Shown here in pieces: positions 11,257 through 23,696 of a stretch of DNA of 64,000 nt (position 1 is its first letter; each line of letters starts with the position of its first letter). Under the pieces are notes generated by a model. The model was not told where the DNA came from. It ran no database searches and saw only the letters and a list, made by a program, of their open reading frames with translations. The position numbers were made by a program, and so were the translations under genes. The stretch is from Raillietiella orientalis (lineage: Eukaryota): contig JAYWIR010000018.1 in the NCBI GenBank assembly GCA_036172245.1, forward strand, positions 2,790,001 through 2,854,000. Direction: 5' to 3'.

Positions 11257-12604
11257 GGTGCGACTATTACAGTGCACTACACGCGACTAAGGCTAAAAGC
11301 TGAGGGCTGGAGGCACTCGACCAATCGGAGGCACTCAAAGAAGCACAGTGTGCACTTGACTTTAAGTGTTATCCCTGAGCAGGGACTATGCTAATCTTCC
11401 CTATTAAGTTGTTCCAATTTAGGTAAATGTACATTCGTGTACATTAGATACATGTAGATTTCCTGGTAGTAAGACTTGGAAGAGTGTTAATGTGTACGTT
11501 CCGCGCTACGTTTCGTGGATATATGAGTAAGTATATTTTACCGGTCCATCCGGTCAGTATTGTACAGTATTGTACATCATGCAAACCTCTACTTTGTATA
11601 CTGGTTCTGTTTGCTTCTTCTCGTCCATTTCTGGGAAAACTTCCGAGGTCTCATGCAGATCACGGCTATCTTTAACCTGATGAGGAGGCTTCGTAACTTC
11701 ACACCAATGGAGAGCAAAGTGATCTCGTGTTTGGTTTCCGGCAGATTATGGTATTCCCCTCAGCGCTCACCCAGCCATCACCGCCCATGAAGTGATTGAA
11801 GAACCCACTTCAGATCCACTGAAAGGCATGGAGGACCCGAGCAGCCGCCACGAGAGATGGAGATGCAGGCACAAAAACACCATCGCTTGTGAAAGAGTTG
11901 CTCTTCGTCCATGTTGCTACCAGAGAAGGAAGGGAACCAACCATCAGCAAACTACGGAGCGTGCCGGAAGGGAGGAAAAGATTCTTGAGAAGATGTCGGG
12001 GGCTTGCGGACTCTCCAGCCATGGGATCTCCAAGAACAGTAGAACAGGGTTAGAATTAGGAGTAGAACAACGAGTAGAATTTTGCTATGATGGCTGGAAG
12101 CTGCTCTTCAATAAAAAGCGGTAGATCCCCACGTCATGCAGACTCGTCAGCCTTTTTATACTGAGGTTGGTGAAAGGGCAATCTGGCTTGATCCCCTTCC
12201 GGGGCATGCCGAAATGATCTGCTTTACTGCTGGTGTGACACTGATCCTCGGAAGTACCCGGATCATGGGAAAGTCATGTTCTGCGTCGGATTGAGCCGCT
12301 TCCCTGGGGATCGCCTGCGGCGCTCCGACCGGATTTTTCGTGCAGCACGCTGCCCGCCTACGCTCGGCTGGCCCGCGTCAGCGGCGCTCCCAAGAGGAAG
12401 CGATGCGGGAAAAATGTTCAACGCACGCATGCTCTCGGTGGCTGCGCACGGAACTCCATCGGATCTCGGTTGGCCTGTACTCGGCCCACCGAGTCAAGGG
12501 GGTAGCCCAGGGAAAAAAGGGAGCGGGGGTGGTGCTAACCTCAACCCAGCGAATCCCGGGAAATAACCTGAGTCTTCGATGCTCTCACCTGGTGATCGAG
12601 AGGA

Positions 12605-14400
12605 AGAGTTTTTTTTTTTGGTTTTCTAAGTGCGCCTCAAGAGCCAATTCGCGTGCCTCGCGGCGCAGGTGGCCCATTTAAACACACTGTTTTGTTTCCA
12701 CGCCACTTCGCCTGGGGCAGCCCGCAGGGGGGCGTGTAAATTCTTCAGGATAGGGGGCACCCGGGATGGGGGATTCCGCCTTATGAATCCAGGAAGGGCT
12801 CGGAGGATTCGAATTTCGGGAAGGATTCCCTTCCATCCGGGGGAGATCGCACCTCCCACCCTGGTTGTCTCCGAAGGGGAACCCCGAAGGGAACCTCCTT
12901 CCTCATTCTCTCCGGAGGGAAATCTTCCCTGATGGGGGAGGGTGGTCCTCTCCATTTCATCTTCGGAGAAGATGAAATGAAGAGGAACCCGGAAAGGATC
13001 CGCTAGTAGGAATTTCTTCTCCAGAGGGAACCCTCAAGGGAACTGCTTCTGTTCACTCCTCTGAAGAAAACCCTGAAGGGACGCTTCCGAAACTCAGAAG
13101 GGGCTCTGCAGCTTCCCTCAGGGAATCGCTCTCGCTTGCTTCCTTGCACTCCGTAAAGACTGCGACGACTCGGAGGGTCCCCCCGCAACAGGGGGGTTCG
13201 CTCCATTGAACAACTGGAGAGATGCCCGTGAGGGCTCCTGCTCTATATTGAAACCAACCAGAAGAGTCCCCCGCTGAAGGGGGTCCGCTCTCCGTTGTAC
13301 GACCGGAGGGGGAATTCCCCACTCTTTGATTCCTAGAAGGACACGAAGGTCCACTCCCATTGTTCCGGCTTTCATCGGGGGCCTCCGTGCTTAATCCACC
13401 GCCGGTGCCACGGCCGAATGTCTCGGCCAGCCAGCGCCATTGCAGGAGAAACTCGTAACCCAACGACGCAGTGGCATCAGTTTCTGCCGGAGTATTCGAA
13501 CCCGTGACGCATGGTACCACACGCGGAAGCCTTAACCAAAAGGCCTCCGACGCGGGCAGAGAAGAGCCGCCGTGCTCGAGGTCACCTGCCTGCCTTTGCA
13601 GGAGCTCCGGCCATGGCATCGGAAGAAGACCTGCTCCTTCTTCCCAACGCCGGGGAGCACCTGCAAGGTGGCGGAATCTCCGGGAGCCTCAGCTGGCCGA
13701 CAGAGAAACCGAAGAGCGACGAGGTGCTCAGGTGAACCCGGGGAAGGTGGAAAGCACGAGCAAGAAGACAGCGAGGTAAACCAGCATCCAGGACAAAAGC
13801 ATCGGTAACAGGCGTCTCCATCATCTGCGCCACCGGAAGGATGGCATGCCATCCGTGTTTCCGGTGGCGCAGATGGGCGCAGAGGGTCCGCCATGGGCAT
13901 GCGCCCATGGCGGACCCTCCGACGAACGACTGGCTTTAGGCAGCACACCAGAAAACGCTTGAGCACGCCAAGAGGAGTGGCTGGACCTTGGAAGCACGCG
14001 GACCAGTGCAGCGGATGTCTCAGTCTTTCTGACCTGTGGAATGAAGACTGGTAGTCGGCAGCAGCAGTTCCAGGCTGCTAATAGCAGTGGATGCTGAGAT
14101 CAAACATTCCATCCGGAGCATCCCTCGAGTAGTAGTGGAGGAGGACGACACTGGGGGGCGGTGACTTGAAGATTCTTGTTCAGAAGACTTCCCGTCTGTA
14201 TGGAGTGCTCGCCGGACCAGCAGCGACGTGAGGAGTTTGCCGTCCGTGTGTCGGCAGACTTCCGGTGTACTGGAAGCAACGGGGACCTCGGACGGCAAGG
14301 AACCGAGGAGGTCACTGTCGATGGAACGCACACAGTGGAAACTGGGCTGCAACTGCGGTAGGAGCGGCCTGTGCTTCCTTGTAAAAGAGCGTACCGTCCG
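12605..14400. repeat. Dispersed GC-rich repeat family A, copy 3 (opposite orientation to copies 1-2)
   Basis: Begins (T)nGGTTTTCTAAGTGCGCCTCAAGAGCC, similar to the reverse complement of the ends at ~6150 and ~10015. The tRNA-like module lies on the minus strand at ~13488-13555. Confidence 0.65.
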
Positions 14401-17400
14401 GGAGAGAAGCTTCGATACCATTCGCTGGTCAGCAATGCGTCTCCGGGCATCCTCCTTCCTGATAGCCTCGTAGGATCCACCGAGCATTCTGCGCACCCGC
14501 CTAATCGGAGTGAGGGATTTTGTCTGTTCCCACAGTTTGCTCCCTTGTCGTTTCTTAGAGAAGAATTCATCCTTCATGGAGCTGTTACCTGCTCACCATT
14601 TAGATTGCCTCGGAAGAAGGCTGTTTTCAGTGGGACAGGGACCTGTTCTTTCGTAACCGTTAGCTGACTGTGACGGAACAAGAGGTGCGCAGTCAAGTCG
14701 GAGTTTGCCGCAAGCGCAAGCTGCAGCAGATTCGGGGGCTAATGTACGTCTCTTCCGTTTGCCGAGAGCATCTTTCCCCGACCCTCCCTATCTCGGATGA
14801 GCTGACTCTTGTAGACCGCCCGCGTCTCTGTGCGATTTGCGAGGGCTCCGCACGCTGGCGTTTGCACGTCTCCTGAGGAAATATCGGCATCAGTCGCCAA
14901 AGAAGGTCTCCTCGCTCCTCCACTCTGGATGATTCCAATCACGCGATCGGAAGCTCGACCCATCTCCAAGATGCAGAAGATTTTCCCCTTGAAGTCCTAA
15001 ATCAAGTCCCCTGCCGGTTGCTGCTTTCCAGTTCAGCGGCTGCAGCAGTTCGGAGGGCATCTAGATTGCTCCTTCAGCTTCCCTTCCAGGAGACGACGCG
15101 GTTTTGATCTTTCCCTTGATCGTTCCTGAGTGATTTATCCGAGACCATGCCATCGCGAATCGGGGGTTTCCTCTTTTTTGAAGAGGTACGGGAGGAGAGT
15201 CCGAGTTTGCGATCGTGGCTCTCCACCTTGGCGCTGCGGTCCACGGAGATCTTCCACTCGAGGCCTCCTTTGCTGTAGAAAGCAGCTTCCAGCGATGCTG
15301 AAGAAAGGAGCGGATCTTGAGGTCACGCGCAGCGGACACCTCACAGGTTGCCCCATTCTTCCGGGTTAGAGGAGAGAGGGGAGGCTTCCCCGCGAAGGAG
15401 AACCTCGATCCAGCTCGTCAGCGTCGCGGGTGGCCGAGCGGTGACCGTCGCGCGTGTGCGCGGAGTTGTCGGCACTGCACTTCGAACCCGCTTCCTTCCC
15501 CTACGGCCACGGTCAGCTGTGCCTACCTCCCCGCCGCCTCACGTGCGTCGTCGCGCCCAGCGGCCTTGCTTGATCGCGTTTTCCGCATGCTCTGCGAGAG
15601 GTCAGACGCGGCGCATGAGGAGCTCTCAGCTCGGCCTGCCCATCCATCCTTCACGGATACCGGCAAGAGGAATCAGCTCACGATCCCCGCCCTCCCTTCC
15701 TCTGTTGCTCCTCCCTCGCGAGGGGAAGAAAATCCCCTCTGCTTCCCTTCATCCGGGCACGTGCTCCGGGAACGTTGGGAAATGGGAGGGGGACACGAAG
15801 GGCACTTTCTCGAGGTCCTCGGATGCTTGCTTGCTCTTCCTCGGCTCCCCTACCTGCGTGTGCCCCCTCCCTGTGAGTGGAAGGGTGCCGCCCGTTCCCC
15901 GACACGCAAGTGTGTCATAACCGGTAACTTAGGAAGGAATCGATCCCAATGCGAATTTCGGCGCTGACCGCCACTCCTCCCCTTCCTTGCTCCCTTCTCC
16001 TTCAGAGCAATCTTGTCGCTTTCCACAAGGGAACGCGCAAAGATGTCCAGACCAGAACGTAGATGTTCCCCTATCGACGGTTTCCTCCTGTTTTTCATTC
16101 TGGACTGACGAGTACAAGAGAAGGAGGAGGAGTGAGAGGAAAGGGTGGCTTTCCCCCCATCCAGTTTTCCCCTCCCATCCATGGTGGAGTCCTCGTGCCA
16201 CCTGGAATGTCCTTTCTTCCCGTCTCCAGATTCCCCCTCCTCCTTTCCGCCTCTCCCTGGGGTGTCTGCCCTGTCATTGGAGTCCCCCTTTTCCCGTACC
16301 CGAAAGGAATCTTTTCGACTCGGGCGTATGCCGTACCGAGGGCACCGACCGAGAGACTCTGCTCGAAGACCTTTGCACTCCGCTGCTTTCCTCCAGTTCG
16401 AGGAGGTTTTTTCGGAGAAGAATTCGGGAGGAACGAAAGCGAAGAGTTGAGAGGTTTTTTTTCCAAGTACTCCAACAGGGACGGTAGGAAGCGGAGGGGT
16501 CGCGCAGACCGTTGAGGAGCATCATCTCGCCAGAGCTCAGCAAAGAGGGAGGAAGACGAAGAGAAGGGGAAGAGGACGAAGAGGAAAGGGAGAAAAGGAG
16601 AAAGGACAGAAGGGGAGGGAGGAGGCGTCTATAGGCGAGCTTGATCCAGGACTCATCACGCATCCTCCTACTCACCGAATCCTGCCGCCCTCCGGCGGCG
16701 ACGGAATGCCGGGGAGCAGGAGCGCCTCCGTCCAGGCGGTTGGATGCCGGTTCTCGCCACTGGAGCAGCCTCAGCACCAGTTGCTCCTGCGAGCGAGCCG
16801 CACGCACCTCTCAGCGGATCTCTGTTTCCGCACCTACCGCCTAGGGCTGCCCGTGGCAACCAGCACCTCCCCCCGAAATCACCCTGCGGCTTCAGTTCTG
16901 CTCATCTAAATGGGCCCGCTGACAGCCTCCCTAGCTTCCGCGTGCTAACAGGTCACACTTGTCTCCTCCTCTCCCATTTAAACCTGGAGAATAGGTCGCG
17001 ACTTTTCCAGTCCCCAAGGCTTTGCTCTACCGGATGGGACTCCCCCTTTCCCCACAGTAACCTCCCAAGAACTAAGAATAAGAGATACGAAGAACAGACG
17101 AAGGAAACAACTTTGCAGTTGGATCATCTGGTTCCCAGAATGGATGGTCAGCCATCAAGTACATCTTCCAAGGCATGGAGTATCTGAAGCTTTAGCGCTA
17201 CCACCAGCAGTCGAGGACGTCTAGGGGAGGAATTGAACCTTTCCATTCAGTGGAAGGCTGGTTGGAGCTTAGGGCGATAGTGCTGGTCGGTTTCTGCGGA
17301 GACGCTCAGGGAGTGGTGAGCCATATCTGTACAGGGAGGAGCAGGAGGAAACCCTTGCAGAGTTTCGAAGCGACCCTCGACGTGCAGATTGGCCATAAGA

Positions 17401-18099
17401 ATGGTTCAGGGACGAACCGAACCATCTGGAGGGGCCGCTGGTTCCCTCCAAAGTAGCCGTCGGGGCAGTTGGCACTCGTCGAAACTATCATGTTGGTATT
17501 ATGGGTTTGGCGAGATTTCCTTTTTCAAGGGGTCGTTGCAAGAAGGATTGTTTCGTGGAGTGGGTATCACAATTGGCATGGGGTGGCATGGGATCGAGAT
17601 GAAGGTGAGCGTTGAGATGGTATGGAGAGTTTGTGAAGATTGGGTATTGGATTAGTTGATAATGGGATTCAGTAGGGCATAGAAAGGCTGAATCATCAAA
17701 TCCCAGTAGCCATTACCATGGCAATTCTGAATTTTTTGGTAGCTGTGCGAGATAAGATGGTTGCGGATAGAATCGAGGAGTCCGTGTGGTCTGTTATGAG
17801 AAACGTGAGCAGGGAATGGGAGCTGATAAGGTACGCCTACACAGGCGTCTTGCTGTCCGATCCGCCGATTCGGAAAGCAAGATGCCTGGGTCATCCAAAC
17901 TTTCCTGATGAGGCGGATGGCTTCTTCAAGAATGACTGCCACATGCTACTCCACTCGCTTCCCTAATCCTGCCATGCACCACCCATCCTACCAACCACTC
18001 CGGCTGTTAGTCAAAGTAGCGCCTTCAAGAGGAGCTACATGGTTTAATTGAAGGAAAATAGAACCAATCAAGCAACGATACAAGAACTATTTCAGATGT

Positions 18100-19720
18100 G
18101 AGAAGGCGAGCGGGTGGAGGATGATGGTCACCTGTACCTCTCAGAATACGAAGCCGGAGAACCGTTGGAAAGTTTGCGGTTGACGAAGATAAGGATCGTC
18201 ATCCTAAGCCCATGATACAGCGCATAGGAGCACTGAAATACCGAACCACCAAGCTTTCAAAGGACCATGTCTTGCGTGGGGTCTTATCATGTGTCATGAC
18301 GTCCTTTCATACCGAAGGGTGCATGGGGTTTCTGGACTACAAATTTACCCACACAGCCTGTACATGCGTCCTAACAGACATGGGATGGAATGGATATGAA
18401 GGAGGTGAGGAACGTAAGGACCAATCCCCGCGCCATCAACTATATTGCACTTGCCATCATGCCATGATCAGAGAGCGACATGGCAAGGTTGAGGTCTTAC
18501 AATAGCAATGGGATCTGGTGGCCTCCAACCAGTTCATTCCAAGCAGTCATCCTAGATTAAACAAGACTTTGTACTCCTAGGAGAAGAAGACATTGCAGTC
18601 AGTGCATGTCCAAAGGAACACGCCACCAACGCATTGGTGAAGGACGGACATTGGACATGCGCTGACCTCAATGTTCACGCACAAGACTCAAGGCCTGGAT
18701 ACAGTGGGGGTGGTATGATATACTGGTTATCGATTTGAGTGAAGCAGAGTATCATCTTCCGTGTTCCTGGTGCAATGTCCCCTTGCACAGGTAGGAAAAA
18801 TCAGCAGCTGGATTTCCGGCACGTCCACGACTGCGGAAACGGATCTTATAAATCAGATCATTCTTTACTATGGCTATTCGAAACAGATCTGTGATGAGAT
18901 TGTTGTCATGGTTCTGTTCCTAAAGACAATCTAAACAACTAACAAGTCTAAACAATTCGAGCAGATATTCAGGTAGGGAGAAGAATGTCCAGATTTCCTG
19001 GATACTGGATATCGAGTGGAAAAATAAAGAGTACAAGACAGAGAAGTGAAACAATAGGAAACAAAGACAAGGAGGAAATCCGTTTCCAATGAAGATCCAT
19101 GAATTCACGGGACTGGGTGCGTTGGGGAGATTCGTGGAATACCGGTGGTTTTGTCCCGAACCAGTAGGGGAGGGTAAAAGCAAGTGGGAAGCTCGAACAT
19201 GTGACCCGAAGCTGACAAAACAGCAGCAGCAACCGCGCGCGCCAAGTCGTACCTCTCTCGTATGTCTCGAGAAGCTGCTGCGAAGAATGCGAGGGTCTCT
19301 GATAGAGTTGGCTGATCGAGACTGGCCTGGTCAGAGGACCTCGAAGCTTGCTCGTGGATCCCTGTGCAGGCAGCTCATCGAGATAGCGAGCAACTGCAAT
19401 CCCTCAAAGAAACCATAGCTGCTACAGCTACAGTCAGGAAATGAGCACACCTTAGCAGTGGCACACTGGAACCTCGGCAGGCAGCCTTTCTGTGACAACA
19501 AGTCGCAAATCCGTTCCAGAAATGCGCTGTCGCTCACCATTTCAGACGCAGAGAATGTAAATTTCTTAGATTCGGAATTTATAAAATTCATTTTCTTCCC
19601 TCACCTTGTATTACGCCTTCCAGCAATTCCACCAATTTCTTAGTGTAACCTATAAGTTATCCTACGAAAGTTGGGAGGAGAATGGACTTCAAACGAAAAT
19701 GAATAAAGACATAGAAAAAT
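18100..19720 (+). pseudogene. Rhabdovirus-like glycoprotein G relic, copy 1
   Basis: Fusion-loop-like Cys motif at 18272-18352, a C-terminal helix and PG.G-like region at ~18800-19030, and a hydrophobic segment at ~19575-19640. Followed by CATAGAAAAATGA (19710-19722). Multiple stops and frameshifts. Confidence 0.5.
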
Positions 19721-20145
19721 GAGTTTCTTTCCCTAGATAATAATCAATCATCAAACAGGAAATGAAGCAATCATAGAGGGGGAAGGGGAAGCAAAAGATC
19801 AGAATTCTCAGTAATCAGGTTTTGTTTTTCTTTGTCTTTTTCGATCTTCACCAGTGAGATTTTTAAACTCTGTGCCTTCTGGTCAAACGCTTCTCCACAC
19901 GCAACATTTTGCAGTAGCTGCAACAGTTCATCACGGTAATTAAACACACAGACCTTCTGTTTACTTCTGTAAATTAGATTCTCGAATCCAAACAAAATTC
20001 AGCTGGTTCTTTTCGGTGCACAAATTTCCTTTCTGCCCATGACTGACGTTTGATATATTTCAGGAGGACACTATTTGCACAGACTTGCAATATGATGTGG
20101 AAATTCTGGAGTGGAAACATTCCTTCACTACACTAAACCAAGTAC

Positions 20146-22272
20146 ATGAATTTCCATATACTTCTGGTGCATGCTTGTGTACCCTCCCAAGCTAACAACA
20201 CCATTAGCAGAGCCAGCCAAGCTGCAAGAATACAAACATGGGGGCAAGTATACCGAAACTCGTGTACTTGGTGGAATTGTATAACCGGAAATTATTCCCA
20301 ATGCATTTTCACTGCTAATTCTTAGATAGGTACTGGATTTACGTAAGCTCATAGTGAAGGACTCGTGGCAATTTGACTGTCAGACTCATTTTTGCGGCAA
20401 GCAGTACGGGAGATCCTCATATATCAGTAACCATGAGAAGCAGAAAACAGACCACATTTATGTGGACCACATCCGTATCTATACTGACGTGGAATCCTAT
20501 CTACCCTCATGGATGAACAACAGAAGATACTTCGCAAGCACCTTTGTATCCGATTTCCCTCACCCGGTATGAGAGACAATTCTTCCCGCTCGTGTCCCAT
20601 GGAGTCTCACCATGGAAACGCTTGACCATAAAGAGTGCTGACTTCTAATGTTATCAGGCTGGAATAACCTGGGAATGGGCTTAGAAGAGCAACGTAGGTG
20701 TAGGGCAAGCATTTAGAGCAGCCTTTCCCAAACTATGTTCCGCGGAGCACTGGTGTTCCGTGGAAAGTCAACAAGTGTTCCGTGAAAAATTATGAAAATT
20801 TATATATTTTCAATGTCACTGAGTTTATTTTACTATTTTCGTGTGTTTTGTTTTACATAATTAAAATCCGAGAATAAATGTTTGGTTTGTTTTCTTAACT
20901 CTTATATCTACTTGCTTAATTCATTCACTATTAATATCTACCTACCTTGTAAAATAACCAGGGTATTCCGTTACAATTTCAGGACTTGTGAAGTGCTCCG
21001 TCATAGCAAAAGTTTGGAAAATGCTGGTTTAGAGAATAGTACCCTTTGTCCTGGGTAGGAAGACCTCTCCAAAGCAATATGCGATGCAGGAACATGTTTT
21101 CACAGACACAAATTCAAGTTCAGTTGCTAAGTGCCATGAGGCTGTTAGAATGTAAAGTTAGTTCTTTGAGAGCAAATATGGGGATCAAGAGTTGCCCAGC
21201 TTAACGACTGAAATGGATTGTTTTGGCAAATCTATGGACGGAACATCATTGCCATCCTTAGATTTTTCTTGAACCTTCTGTACCCGCAGATGTCGTTAGA
21301 AGAAGAAGAAACAAATAATGGAGGAGATGTTAGCAGTGAACATCATGGTTGAGCTCATCTCCAGCACAGATCTCGATAGGTCCATTAGCTAATAGAAAAT
21401 CAGGAATGCAATCGAAGTCAACTGTGCCATACAGGGAAAATGGGTTGGGTCCAGATCCCGAAACAGGAGCTGAGGGAATGCAGAAAATCCTGAGTACTCG
21501 TGAAGGAAGGCAAAAGAATCTCAGATATTTTCAAATCGTCAAGAGTGATGTTACTACTTAAAAGAAGCGTTTTGTGAGAAATCTGGTACTGATGATCTGG
21601 TCAACATCGGTGGACAACAATGGAAAGGGTGTCCACAGAATCGATTACCACAGACAGAAAACCGTCATCCCGAATGCAATTAGGGCAACTCAGGCATATG
21701 TTGTGTCACAAAGGAGCTCTAATGGACAACGACCTTTCGTATCAGCATGCTGGCTACATAAGAAATATCAAGTGACCTTGAATTTGATAACACAAGTCGT
21801 GTGCTCAGGAAATCTAGGTTGGACTGTCAGAAACTGACCGTTGGTATTTAGAAAACATGTGGGAAGCATCCAGGATCAGCATGCTGTGCAACGCGTTCCT
21901 GGAGCAGGCAGCAGTAGTTCAAGATATCTGGCAAGAAGAAAGCCTTCCCCAGCTTCTATCGAGGAATTTTTCTGAGAACTAGAAAGATTGTTCGTTGAGG
22001 AAGAAAGGAACCAGGAACTGAATGACATAGCAGATGATGTGTCTCAATTTATACAAAAATGGACCATCAGTTGTTGGCCTTCTTTGGTGTGTAGGATTAT
22101 GGTAAAAAACAAAAATTTACTCTGTGAATCTAAGGCTATCGTTCGAGTGGAAGGAAGCCAGTAGTCATGAACATGTGTATCTGCACCTAGTTACATACCT
22201 AGACCCAAGCTCTGATGAAAGTACAAAAAATGATCAAATCGAGGAAGGGAAGGCAATCCTGTAGAAAAATGA
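20146..22272 (+). pseudogene. Rhabdovirus-like glycoprotein relic, copy 2 (interrupted by hAT MITE)
   Basis: Signal-peptide-like start, W..V...C, WQFDCQTHFCGKQY, FPHP, CDAGTCFHRH, QRVPGAG and a membrane-proximal/TM-like end. Followed by TAGAAAAATGA (22262-22272). Confidence 0.45.
20719..21026. mobile_element. hAT (Charlie/Buster-type) MITE, 308 bp
   Basis: TIRs CAGCCTTTCCCAAACT / AGTTTGGAAAATGCTG (14/16 complementary). 8-bp TSD ATTTAGAG (20711-20718) / GTTTAGAG (21027-21034) with a central TA. AT-rich interior and GTGTTCCGTG subterminal repeats. Confidence 0.85.
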
Positions 22273-23696
22273 CCCGATGTTGTATTTGAAAGCAACAGTG
22301 GCAACAAGACAGAAACATTTTTGTGGTTGCACGCACATGCATTCTCTCCCTAGCAACCTATCACATCCTTTATGGACGGAAAATTGCAAAACCTAAGTGC
22401 TCCGTATGGAGGACCGAAGATTGCATAAAAAGAGTTGGAGAAGCCAAAATTTCGATTTTCCTTGAATCTGGGCACCATCCCGTGGATGGAATCCACGGAA
22501 TGGTTAATAGATTCTAGTCTCATCATCTGATAATGCCGTAGTTTAAACCGTTGCTCGATGCAGGGGACTTTCGGAATCTACGATAGAAACGGAAAGATGA
22601 GATGCTGTCTAGTTAAGAAAGCATGTGGAAACAGGAAATCTGCAAACTGGATAGACTGACTGAAAATGAGGTTTAAGATGAGCGTACCATGCGGACAAAC
22701 TATCTATCGTAGTGGAGGCAACCTGCAGACCATGGTCCACATGTGCTCCTCGAATCCTTTGCCTTTTGTTTAATCCGCAGTATTTTTTTTCGAATTGAAA
22801 TTAACCTTCTTTCTGTGAGAAACAGATTCCCGTCCACAAGAAATGGAAATTATAATTGTAATTTCCATTTCCGTTTCATATGGACCAGGGTGCTTAATAA
22901 ATTCCTAGATACCAGCTGTTATTGCATGCATTCAGGATGACAATCTTTTACAGATCTCCTACGTAATTCATTGTGCTGACATCTTAACTAATCCAATTCA
23001 TGACTACAGAAGCGCATAACACTATAAACTCACTTTTCTCTAATGGAATTATTACTTATTAGGTTGACTTTGGGTAATTTCTACTTTTGAACTTTTCCAC
23101 ATTTTCATATCGCGTGAATTCTTGGGAACGTGAACACTGGTTTTGATTGCATTATTGTAATGCTAACCATTTTCTCATTCAAAGGATTCGGATCAATTTA
23201 TGTGATGTTGATGGTACCAAGTCTATCCATAATTTTCATCAACATAGAGATCAATTTCGAATGGGCATCATTATTTGGTAACTCGTTTGACAACAGCGTC
23301 AAACAGAAATTCCCGAAGCTTCACATTTCTCATTTTTTTTTTTTTTAATTCTCTGAAATTGTTCGCTGTTCTCAACTGTTGGGTCTTCAAGTCGCCCGCA
23401 TCCTTTGAGAGAAAGGGCTCATTGCTTGCAATCTTGTTTTCGATTTCAATTGCCGGTAACATTCGACGCAGATTGAGGTTTGAAATATTGAAGTAACGAT
23501 TTTGATCCTCGAACTAAATTAGAAGCAAAGTTTATATTTGTTTCCATGTAGCGCCAGAGCTAGAAAGACGGTTTATAACGGGATTTCAGCGGGAACAATC
23601 CTGCATAGCACATGTTGCGTTGCCGCAACACTTTGTAGTGGTGCCTGCTGTGGTTTCAGTTTCAAAGCATTTCAGTGCCTTTCAGTATTAGCGGGC

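Larger units (their letters stand above)
17150..22550 (+). other. Putative endogenous viral element, rhabdovirus-like: small ORF relics plus two tandem glycoprotein-like remnants
   Basis: G-like 1: LRGVLSCVMTSFHTEGCMGFLDYKFTH (18272-18352; cf. VSV G GWMCHASKWVTTCDFRWYGPKYITH), SWISGTSTTAETDLINQIILYYGYSKQICDE (~18806-18898; cf. SISAPSQTSVDVSLIQDVERILDYSLCQE) and PDFLDTGYRVEK. G-like 2: signal-like MNFHILLVHACVPSQANNT (20146), TWGQVYRNSC, TGFT then KDSWQFDCQTHFCGKQYG (20357-20410), QRVPGAG, and DIADDVSQFIQKW followed by a hydrophobic stretch (~22025-22100). A TAGAAAAATGA-like motif recurs at junctions. Confidence 0.55.

Noticed and set aside
11500..12160. Possible Penelope/LTR-like segment with partial hammerhead motifs (CTGATGA at ~11677, CTGACGA on minus at ~12150)
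   Set aside because: No GAAA after stem II, and no second LTR or RT/GIY-YIG evidence.
19771..20352. Minus-strand ORFs as a viral L polymerase
   Set aside because: No GDN or other RdRp motifs seen; the recognisable motifs are on the plus strand.
23000..23462. Gene divergent from TTI1 (63-aa ORF)
   Set aside because: No recognisable domain, stops in all frames downstream and no convincing splice structure.
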